Below, piece by piece: positions 50,277 to 61,524 of a DNA stretch of 64,000 nt (position 1 is its first letter; each line of letters opens with the position of its first letter). This DNA comes from Owenia fusiformis (lineage: Eukaryota): positions 43,710,001 to 43,774,000 of the forward strand of contig CAIIXF020000001.1 of the NCBI GenBank assembly GCA_903813345.2, written 5' to 3'. The notes below the pieces were generated by a model. It did no database searches. It was not told the origin of the DNA and was given only the letters and a program-made list of their open reading frames with translations. The position numbers were made by a program, and so were the translations under genes.

Positions 50277-53149
50277 TTATCTGGTTTTAGTCTTTTTAGT
50301 TTTATTTTCTGGCATAGTCTCTGCACTTTTCTGAATTTTCTTTCTTTTCTTCTTATTTTTCTTTTTTGTGGTTCTTTCACCTGGAAGTAGATTAATTTCA
50401 ATTTCAAGGTTTATTTAATTGTATGTTCTTAACATTTTATTTATATAAAATTAAAATTCATTCAATATTCCTATGATTTCACTGAGTTCAGAACAAAAGT
50501 TAGAGAATAGTCAGGCTTGTGCCCAGGATTTGAAAATACACATAGGCTATTGAAAAGAATTGGCATTAATTTCAACTATTGATAGTCACAAGGTAAGTAA
50601 TTTTTTATGTATCCTTTGTTATGCCATGTATGTTCCAACATAATGTATCACTTGAATCAATACAGCTACATTTGTATGTTGCTAAATTGCAGATTTAAAA
50701 GCACAAAAGTTATCCCTACCATTGCTATCATCATTTGTTTCTTGCACAGCTTCAGTTTCCTCTTCTGATTGTTCCTCCTTCACTTTAGATGTACCTATAG
50801 ATGTCTCTATATCAATGGCTGTAAGGCAGGTCAGTCTGAACTTTGTATCATGTTCCACTATCAGCTCACAATCTGATTGGTCAACCTAAGATAACAAGAT
50901 TTTTTAAGACTTATTACGCCTAACCATCGATCTATTAACGTAATAAGGAAGTTGAAAGTTAAATCTTTTAAAACCTACATCACAATTTTTGCTTCAAACA
51001 TGACAACATACAGCTAAAGTGTACAACCATATATTTTGTCACTGTACATTGTTGATGGTTAGCCGTGTGCAACTGATATATACGAGTAAATAAGCATGCT
51101 TGAAGTAAGGTTTCATCTGGAAGGGGGAAATAATTTCCCAGGCACATCAAATGTTCAAAGTAATGAGATACATTAAATGTCCCTTTAAGTCACCAAGTAC
51201 AATTTAGTCATGTCTATTCAACCTATCACTTTCAAAGTTGAACGAAATTGTTTTTCCTCAGATTTTGTCATTTCTGACCCAAAAATAAAATAAAATGATT
51301 TTGAACTGAAACGTCCAGTATTTTTTTACCTAATTGTGCTCCCTCAAAGCCAGTAATATTGCCAGTTGAATACATACTAAATTCAGTATACTTAATTACC
51401 TTATCTGTATCTAGATTATAAACTTTAATATAGCCATCACTGGATGCAGTGACCAAGTGTGATCTTTCCGAATGGCCTGGTTTTTTCCTAACACAACATA
51501 AACCACGAACTCTACAAAAAAATGTAAAAAACAAAATGGCTAACATTTATTAAATGTAATGCTTAACTGAGAAATTAACATCTCAGAGGTAAATATGTAA
51601 CATAGACATATTGTACATCTACATATACATATAATGAAATTAATAATATTTGAATTTACCAAATTTCCATTCTGGATTTACACACATTCTAATGTTTCTA
51701 TCTTTTGATTTCAGTGATCAGGGCTGTATTATATCAAATAGAATGAACATGGTACCTTGCATATGCTAGTATTGTAGGTAGTGTACCAAAATTATACTTA
51801 CCTATTAGTCTTTGTATCAATTTGTTTGATCTCTCTGTTCTCAGATATGTTGTGTATATAGACAATACCACCCTCTCCAGTGTATACAATCTCCTGACTC
51901 TAATAAGAGAATAATCAGATGTAATACAGTGAAATAGTTGTCTAGGGGATGGGTTGTCCAGGGGATGAGTTGTCCAGGGGATGAGTTGTCCAGGGATGAG
52001 TTGTTCAGGGGATGAGTTTCAAGGGGATGAGTTGTCCATAAGCCAAGAGAAATATACAGCATAAAATATAGTATAGGGATATTGTTTATTGTATCTTTAT
52101 TTCCCACATCGGAGATACGAAGCAAAAATGGTTTTTACATAAACAATATCAGATTATAAGTAAGCTTACATAGAAAATACATAGAATAGAAAAAAAGTAT
52201 TTACATATCAGAATTTTTTTAATAGACATTGAACATATGCAAGTTTTGCATTACTATTATGATATTCCTAATGCCCAGGCAGGATCTGGATCAACCTACA
52301 TAGTAACATATTATACATATTCTATCAAAAAAAATTAAGGAAATTGTACCAAGTTGTAATAAGTTATCTACATACAGTCCTGGGTGCCCCAAAATAAATA
52401 TTGTATCCAAAAAATGAAACAGGAATAAAAAAGAGAAACAGAAGCATGAACTTTACACATGATATAAAGAGAATTAATTTTCAAACTAAATAGAGTTACC
52501 TTTTTGTGAAACTTTCAGATATTATACGATAAATAAAATAAGTTGTCTGCCAGATTTCAAGAATATTCCTTCATCACTAACATACAAATTCCATGTATTG
52601 TCTCCGGTAGAATTCATTTCGAGACACCCTGTATATAATATGGTACCATAATGACTTACTGTCAGAAACAATGCAGCATAAATCCTTCCTGGAGCCTGCA
52701 TGGAGCAGCAAACTTTGGCAGTCTGTAACAAAAATGAAAAACATGTGTAGGGTGTTTCAAAATGATCATGTCCCATCAATAACCAATCTTAGATGAAAAC
52801 CTTTATACTGATGTATTTATATAGGGGCGGATGGTTTAGGATTTGCTGTGGATGGGTGATAGTCATTATGAAACAAACTGTATATGTGGGTCTGCTTTTT
52901 GCACATTGTGATGACTATATTTGGGCCTTACCATTAATAACATTGTGTCCATTGAGGTAAATGGCAAAACACTAATTGAAAATCTTCAGAATTTATTCTG
53001 AACGATCTAAGTTTAAGGTCATGAATGCAGTCATTTTTGTTTAAAGATATGTTATTTAATCCTTACCTCAGTATTGTAAACATCTAACTTTTTATCACAT
53101 ATCACTGCATATCTATCACCATCTTGAGACCATACAACCCCATCACCAA
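50277..53149 (-). CDS. PAK1IP1: PAK1-interacting protein 1 / Mak11 (WD40, 60S biogenesis), 3' part. Exons 53149-53067, 52722-52660, 51899-51802, 51511-51400, 50885-50720, 50380-50277; upstream exons not found in the window
   Basis: VVWSQDGDRYAVICDKKLDVYNTETA...RIYAALFL...TNRVRGL...HLVTASSDGYIKVY...DTKFRLTCL followed by a Lys-rich tail, collinear with the PAK1IP1 C-terminal half as I recall it. Confidence 0.82.
51938..52038. repeat. ~15-16-bp G-rich minisatellite (GGGGATGAGTTGTCCA) x~6
   Basis: Tandem copies read directly. Confidence 0.9.
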
Positions 53150-53285
53150 CTGAAACAAGAAAACACTTTGGAATTCCTATTATAGAGTTGGAAACCTCCT
53201 ATTACAGAGTTGGAATCCTTTTGTTGGGTCTAATATGCTTATGATTTCAGATGAAATATATTTGTTTTAGCATCTCAAATATATA

Positions 53286-53894
53286 CAGGGTGGGCCAAAA
53301 AATGCCACTTTTTTTCAAGACACTATAACTTTTTCATTTTCAAACCTACATACACCAAATTTCGCAGTGCCAGGGGCCCTAAGTAATAATAATAATGTAA
53401 TAACAAGTTCAACTTGGATTGTATTTGATCTAAAAGAGGAGTACAATTGGTCAGCCACCCTCTTTAATGATAGCCCTAAGTCTTAGTCGCCATGTTGATA
53501 TAGCAGTATCAATGAAATGTTGACTACATTTGTTTTAACCTCTCTTAATTGCCAGCTTTAGTTGAGCAATTTTTGGGTACCTTTACACCATCTCCTGAAG
53601 ACCTTCCCATACCTTATACTCACTGGGACTTACATCAGGACTTTTTGCTTTGTGATCATCAGGCCCTATCAGTTTAGATACATTATGAAAATTCTGTTCA
53701 TTTCTCATGGCACACCACATGTTTAGGTGAAATGCTGGTGACATATTTCTTTCAAGTGAAAGTGAACAATTCACAAAGAATGAATAGATTGCATCTTCAA
53801 GTTTGATTTGGTATAGCAAATTATGATTTTGGATCAAAAATTAAAAAGTTTTAGCATTTTGAAAAAAAAAGTGGCGTTTTTTGGGCTCACTCTG
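53286..53894 (-). mobile_element. Internally deleted, decayed Tc1/mariner transposon
   Basis: TA-flanked TIRs CAGGGTGGGCCAAAAAATGCCAC; minus-strand remnant KSPDVSPSEYKVWEGLQEMV (cf. WPPNSPDLNPxDYxxW) and, in another frame, IDTAISTWRLRLRAIIKEGG. Confidence 0.8.
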
Positions 53895-54422
53895 TATATT
53901 TATATTGTTCTTCTGGCTTTTTATATTTTACATGTGATATTAATGACAGTCACCCATAATTCTAATATTATAATTTTCTGAATCCACATACTGTTTATAA
54001 ATATGATCTGTTTGCTAATTCAACTAAGTGGCTTTATTATTTATAATCTATCGTTACAGTGGCATAAAAAGGTCATATGATCACTGATCACTGTTAGACT
54101 GAATGAATGTTAGTTAACAAACAGGTTGTTTTTTATTTCAACTTCAAAATGTCAGGTTTAACTATGTTAATCCAGTTCAACTAGCAGTTGCATTTAATAT
54201 TGTAGTACAGAACACCTTCTCTAAAATGAGACATTTGGCAAGATTGGGGACAAATGGTGTAAATTACAAGTATGGGCCCCAATAGATATGAGCATTAAGC
54301 TAGTTCAGTCAATTGCCAGTTCCATTTGACCAAAGTTGTTTAATAGATATATGAACAGATGGAAGGATAGACAGATGAATGAACACTGTGCAATTCTATA
54401 AGCTCACCATGTGAGCTCAAAC

Positions 54423-54861
54423 AATAGACTAGATGCGAATAGAAATAATCTTGATTAACGTCATTAAATATTCAAAATTCAGTCAAAGTGATGTCATATT
54501 TGAAATCTACATGTAAAAGTACATCTAGATAAATGGTTTCGAAAATTGTTTATCAACTTTGAAAATTTATTTTTTTTGAAAATGTGACTTCTAGCTCGGG
54601 TTGATTCCTCATAGACCCCATGTTACAAAATCACAAAAAGTGAAATATCTTTTCTTGTATTGGACAGATAACATTTTATTTTACTGGACATATTTTAATT
54701 TGCATAACTATTAGATACATAAGGGTTATATAAAAATTGAGCCACTAAAACAGATGTAATTTAAGTTAAAGGTAACTTTCTACTATACCCGCCATGTTAT
54801 CTGACCCGAACGAGCCACCTGGTGGCGAAACTGGTAACTACCTACTCGCATCTGCGTTATT
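54423..54861. mobile_element. CAGATGCGAGTAG MITE family, longest copy
   Basis: AATAGACTAGATGCGAATAG ... CTACTCGCATCTGCGTTATT inverted ends. Confidence 0.75.
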
Positions 54862-55403
54862 GAAAGGTTTTAATAGTAAGGCAATTTGGATTCAATGGTA
54901 ATTTTTGACTTGTGTTTTTTTTGTAACTAAGATGTGTTCAATTATATCCATATACATTTACTTGACACCAAATACAGTGTTTTTTGCAATGGTCAGTCTA
55001 CATAGTGTCCTGAGGACCTTAATCAGTACTTGACCTGTTCACTGCTAAAACTGACATTTTATCTTTTTTTGGTCATCATTCTATACATACTTAAATGTTA
55101 TTCAAACAACCCTGAATAATAAAATGTATGAAGAATACATTACATTTAACTTTTTTTATGAAATGGTTCCTGATTTTCGACTTTTTTTTATATATTTTTA
55201 ACACTAGTCACTGTTAAACTAAAATCAAAACCAATTAAAATTTGTCAAATAGTGAATATGACTATGCATCTCCTTCTGAAGGCTTAATGGAAGCTGTAAA
55301 GTCCAACAGAAGTGCTTTTATTACTATTTTATTGAATGGTCTACGCTGATAGTTGGGCTTGGACCATTCATGATAATTCAATGTTAGAATACAACAGAGA
55401 AAA

Positions 55404-57742
55404 ATGATGAGAGGAATCCCATTTACAATTCTAATCTGTCTGGTTCTTGAGGAAGTCAATGGTGGAAAGGTAACTGCACACTGTAGGCTACATATTTTGC
55501 TTTTAATTGAACTCAACTTTGTGAGCTAGTATATTTTTATATATCTTAATTCACCATTTTATTATCTAAGGTAAGTGTGCATGCTTGGATTTTTTTGCAA
55601 TTTTGAAAAGTAGACCACTGAATATTCAAGTAATCCATACATTCTTAAGAATAATCAACCCTAAATTAATAATCTAGGTATACTAATGCACCTTTTGAGC
55701 AAAAATTAAATATGTTATGGATGAACGGCCAAGGGACGATAGCCCCGAGGCTATTATTAGTGAACAAAGAACCATTCTATACTCATTTCAAAACATAAAT
55801 TAAATAAACATTAACAAGGTTACAGCAATTTGAGTGAAAAATAGTTATTCAGGTGGTTAATCCTCTAAGCACCCTGATCACAGTACTGTTTAGTAGCCAT
55901 GTCCCAAGACAAGTGTTGATGGCCATCATACTGAGGGTATATAAATCAATTCAAACTCATCACACTGATATTTTTCCAACGGATCATAAAGCAGAAAGAA
56001 ACATTTTACAATGATATTGATAAAGACTGGGTGAACAATATTGTCAGAGTAAATTACCTTATATAGAAAATCATACATGTATTTTTGAGGAAAACAAGCA
56101 CTGGTTCTTTCAGCGAGTTCAGAGGCTAATTCTCTTAACCTTAAAGAATATAGACAATGTTGAACAATGTGACGTTTATCCTCTATTCAAAGCTTGTATG
56201 TTCGATCTTTCATTTTAGGTGCTGATCCAACCTTTTCCACTGTTTAAAACATCAAGAATTTCAGCCATAGAGCAGATAGCATTGATCCTCTCCAAAGCTG
56301 GCCACAGTGTTACATACTTCGTCCACACAGAGTATACTTCCTCTGAAATACTCCAGGCAGCAGCAAATGTTACCATAATTAAGTACGACTACCCAGTAAA
56401 GGATCTAACATACGATCTTGGAGAGAGTTCAATCCAGGGCCTAATGTCAATGACGATACTTGATGAAATGGAAATTATATTCAAACGAGGACAGCTGTAT
56501 GACACATACATTAACTATTCAATACCTGCATATTTCTCAGAAATGAGTCAATGGAGAGGACTCAAAGCTCAAAACTTTGACTTAATAATATTTGACAGCC
56601 TGGATTTTGCATTGGGAAGGCTCATGAAAGAATATCTCGACAGGCCTGCTATACTTTGGTCAAATGCTGGATATGAAGTCCATTATGACAATTGGTTGAT
56701 GCCATTCCCTGTATCATACATACCAAATTTATTCATGCCATACAGTGACCAGATGAATTTCGAAGAACGAGTGATTAACACATTTTATTATGTTTTATTA
56801 CAGTATCATTACATTCCATACTGGCGAGATATGGTAGATGAAAGTCTGGCAAAAGTGGCTGATAAGCTTGGACTTTCACGTGATATCAATCCTGTTCTCA
56901 ATGATGCAGACTTGATTTTTATCCAATCCAACTCAGCATACTTCTACCCTCGCCCTATTATGCCTAATGTTATTCCTGTTCTTGGACTGAAAGACCGAGA
57001 TCATAACCCAATTGATCAAACATATGTAAATTTTATAGATGGTGCTGATGATGCTGGTTTTATTCTTTTCACATTTGGTTCAATGCCAAAGGGAATGGAT
57101 GAGAAACGCAGAGAAATATTTGCTACTGTGTTTGCCAGACGAAAACAACGGGTTTTATGGAGATATGGTGGCCATCGTCCAAAATCACTTGGCAATAATA
57201 CAATGTTATCACCATGGTTACCACAAAACGATCTTCTGGGGCATCCAAAATTGAAATTATTCATCACTCACTGTGGAGCATCTGGTTCAGCTGAGGCTGT
57301 TTTTAATGGAGCATCTGTTATTGTATTTCCATTATTTTATGATCAGAGACATCACTGTGCAATTCTGACACAACGTCATAAAATGGGTTTAACTTTATCA
57401 TATGCTGATGTGACAGAGGAGACATTATCAGCAGCATTAGATGAGGTCCTAGGCAACCCACAATACAAGAAGAATGCTGCAAAGGCAAAGAAACTAGCCC
57501 GAGACCAACCCATCAATGCTACCTATACCATACAGTATTGGTGTGAATACATTATGAAGCACAAAGGCGCACATCACTTGAAATCAACTGCCACGTTTGA
57601 ACTGAACTTCTTCCAGTACTTCTTGCTAGATATACTACTTCTAACTTTCATAATTGTAGTGATCTTCTTGGCTATCCTATATTGCACCATTAAACATGTG
57701 GTAATGTACTTATGCAAGTCAAAGAAACTGAAGACTGCATAA
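55404..57742 (+). CDS. UDP-glycosyltransferase (metazoan GT1 UGT). Exons 55404-55469, 56219-57742
   Basis: Signal-peptide exon MMRGIPFTILICLVLEEVNGGK|GT spliced in phase 0 to VLIQPF...; UGT signature WLPQNDLLGHPKLKLFITHCG...PLFYDQ; GAHHLKS; C-terminal TM helix and KKLKTA dilysine ER-retrieval tail. Confidence 0.93.
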
Positions 57743-58971
57743 GTTCACGAAAACCCATCTAATCAAAATTTCAACATATGGCAGTCAATGAGGGAATACA
57801 AAATATGGTTAGCGAAAAAATGTTCACATTAGGGGTGTTCAGATTAGAGAGGTGTTTGGGCTAAACAAGTTTTACTGTAATTCTTTATTTTTTGGATCAG
57901 ATGATTAAAAACAGTTTAACAACCCGTAATAGGATTCTACCTCACATATTCTAAGTACCTCAGTACAAAAATGAATGTACACACTCCTGATTTATGTCAG
58001 AAGCCTATTATCAGTTATGATCCCAATATGAAGCTCCTGAAAAGGTGTAAATGCCCTACACTCGTAAAAATCATTTTTCATATAATTTTTATTATAATTC
58101 TATTAACATATTTTAATGAAGGGTTCTAATAATTATCTAAAATAGTCTAAATACTGACTCAAATGCCTGTTACTACAACATATGGCTTCTTTTATTCAAA
58201 TTTTCTAAAAAAAATATTTAAAAAAACAACTCTGATCGACGGGTTGGAGCAATTGATGGGGTGGAGCAAAATGATTTCATTAAATATTAAAAATAGTACC
58301 TTTAACAGTAGGACTAAGAATAAGTTTTTTGCATATGAAAGAAATAGTCTGAAGTATGTATTTTGAATTTTCCATGTGTTAATTACAGAGAATACAGTAA
58401 AGTCAATCATTTTCAAAAATACCTTGTTTGATGTTGGTAGTAAAGGCTGCCCTTCCAGTGACAAGATTCCAAGTTTTCAATGTTTTGTCTTGACCTACGG
58501 AGAGTGCAAGCTTTCCACTTGGATGGAAAGAAACAGCATTAACAAAACCCCTGAAAATAGAGAAATCATATCTTGTAATTTTACTGGAATTATGAAAACC
58601 ATATACTTTCCTAACATAAATTACTGCTGAATAAAAAAAAATCCTTTGAGTAGGTGTGATACTATTATTTTGCCCTCCAAATTTTTATTGCTACATGCTT
58701 TATTTCACATTAAAATGAAAAAGGAAAATATCATGGCAATAAACAAACCACAACTACATAGAGCAAACCATATAGATCCAAGTTAATTGAGGTTATGTTT
58801 GTTTATTCATTGCGACCATGCTTCATTGAATGTCAACAAAATGTTAATTACTTACATCTGGTCATAAAATAATAATAAAATAATTCAGTTAATGTGAAGT
58901 TAATTTATTTAGTATCAGCGGATCTTAAATTCGCAAGTCGTGCAGTTTTTGGAGACTCATGCTTAGCTAGG

Positions 58972-60402
58972 ATGAGAATGACCAATAAGAGACATATGTT
59001 TGTTTTAGCAGCGACTGTACACCTCATCATCATTACAAACTTAACTTGTGAAGTCCAAGGCTTAAGTAAGTACATTTTAATAATGATTTAGGGTGAAATA
59101 ATCCAAATCAATTTTGTTTAAAGGTAGTATCAGATCTAGCAAACTTGCGAGAATGTATCACTAGACTTGTCAATTCTATTTTCCTAAAATCACCAAAGTG
59201 TTTATTTGATTTGAGGAAAACTTAAGATTTTTAAAATTATGTATTAATTTTTCTATAAGTATGGTTACCATATTTATTATTTAAGAGAATTTAAACATTT
59301 TCCCCCATTTCTACAATTTGAACATAAACAACTTCACTTCTAATAAATAGATTGTTAGTCTCAATCAAAAAGCAATCAAATGGATTGGTACCACAGACAA
59401 ATCTTACTCAAGATGTTCCCTGCACTTCTCAACAAAAAGTTATAACAAAATGTTGATGTTACAGATGGATGTGAAATATCTCCCAATAAAACCATAATCT
59501 TTGGGAGAAAATGGTGGTCACGACCAGATTTTTGTATCATGTGTAAATGTACAAGAAAAGAAGGCTTGAGTTGCAGATACTATAAAGGAGGTAGAAAAAA
59601 ATGCAGATATGGGTGTCTCCATGGCCCCGTAATATATAATGTAGGATCTGAAATAAGTAGAAATGAAAAGCGTGTGTGTGAGTGCACAACAGGCAGAGTC
59701 ATAAAATGCTATGGTAAGCAAAGTACTTGAGGATATTTAAAAACAGTATGTTCTTCATCAGAAAATTGAATTGCACAAGGAATTAGATCTAGCAAATAAT
59801 GATCATATGTGATTTTATTACCATGATAGTATTTAGGACATTTCATGATATCAATGTATATAACATGACAGGATTGATTTACATAATTTCATAAAGACAG
59901 ATCTATGTGTTTTCATTTTAGAAAGAGGCCAATTTGATTGGATCAAATGGGCACCTTGGAGTGAATGTGCTAATTGTAAAACACATCCCTCTAACCGCAA
60001 GGTGCGTCATCGCATATGTGTTGATACACTTGGAAAGGAGGTAGATGCTGCTCTGTGTGAAGGAGATGCAAGAGATATAGAGCAATGTTGTAATAGAGGT
60101 AACCTCTAATCTGTAAATGATTGCTCCATTATTGCTCCTATCAATTAGCTGGATATATCTACATTTTAACTCATGGCAAAAGATTGGTTCAATACATTTA
60201 TAATCTTTGAAAATCCTGAGATTTAAGATCCCATTCTTTTTTGTCTTTTAGGAGAATTCCCTTGGGTGATTTCATTAACTGATGAAAAAATAAAACACTT
60301 CTGTGGAGGAATTATTCTTTCAAATCTATGGATCCTCACAACTGCACAATGCATATGTGCATGGAGTCAAAGCAGCTGTTGTTCAGAGCAATATCAATTG
60401 AA
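58972..60402 (+). CDS. Secreted modular protein: two Cys-rich VWC/FN1-like modules + TSP1 repeat + trypsin-like pseudo-protease (3' end not found). Exons 58972-59065, 59465-59713, 59922-60098, 60252-60402
   Basis: Phase-1 exon chain; signal peptide; CxxCxC modules; TSP1 [10 protein letters not shown]...RHRIC; S1 protease start GEFPWVISL...[19 protein letters not shown]. Confidence 0.8.
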
Positions 60403-60579
60403 GTAAGAACCTTTCCATTTTATCCATTTCTATTGAATTTGAAACGAATGAACACTATATAAATCATAAATCTGTACAGTCACAATCTAATATTTATCAT
60501 CTACTCTTCCTATCCCTTCAATAAATATTTGAAATCATTGTAGTATCATGTAACCATACTTTCAAGATAACTCTAAATA

Positions 60580-61223
60580 ATGGCGAATTCCTGCTCTAGA
60601 CAGCCATTTTGAATTTTCACGAATCAGAAAATCAAAACCATAATAATACCATGTGATCTACTCTGAAATTCCTTCAATTTGAGTATAATATAGCCTTACT
60701 TTTAAGAGATCAGAAAATAATTATGAAATCCCATATAAGGGGGCCATTTTGAATCTTACTAGGCCCGAATCAGAAAAACAATACAATATTTGCAATCTAC
60801 TCTAAATTGCCTTTCATTTGAGTATAATGAAGCTATACTTAAAAAACATCTAAAAATTAACGCAAATTACTGTTTTCTCAACCCCCCCCCATTCACTGTC
60901 CCTGGGGGTCAGGGTGAAAAACATGGGATATATGTTAAATAGATAGATGTTTTGAATATACTTCCAAAATTTGCTAAAACTCTCCCCATTTTTAAAGCAG
61001 CAGCCATCTTGAACAATTTTTTTTGCATAAAACTATTCACCAATATACATCTTTCCGCTAAATATGAAGAAAATCAGTCAACTAGTATTCGAGACAGACG
61101 GACGGACAGTTGGACTTCTTATAATACTGACTGTCGGACTGACTTACTAACTGACTGACGGATGGATAGACGGACGGATGGAGGGCTTCACTATATCCCT
61201 ACTGAACTTCGTTCGTTGGGATA
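60580..61223. mobile_element. HINE-like element remnant
   Basis: GAC microsatellite and CTATATCCCTACTGAACTTCGTTCGTTGGGATAA terminus like those at 14568 and 24887. Confidence 0.65.
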
Positions 61224-61524
61224 ATGAGATATACCCTCACCAATTACAAGCCTCCATGATGTTATAGTTAGTTTTAGTTAGTTACATACTTTATTGTCAA
61301 ACTATGATACATAAATTATACATCAACTGACACTTTAAGAAGTGTATGAAGTTGTTTTAGTGACAAAAAAGAGAATTCAATAATAACTATACATATTGAT
61401 AGCTTATGTATGCATCTTACTTTATGGCTAGTGGTGGTGGGTTGTGGCTGCCAATGTGTGTTAACTCTATTTTGGTTTAGGAAAATGTATGGATGAAAAG
61501 GTAGATGAGGTGGACAGTATAGAA

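Noticed and set aside
55500..55576. Strong donor AAG|GTAAGT at 55570 as the UGT first coding exon
   Set aside because: An in-frame TAA lies at 55547-55549 with no ATG after it; 55404-55469 gives a proper signal peptide in the right phase.
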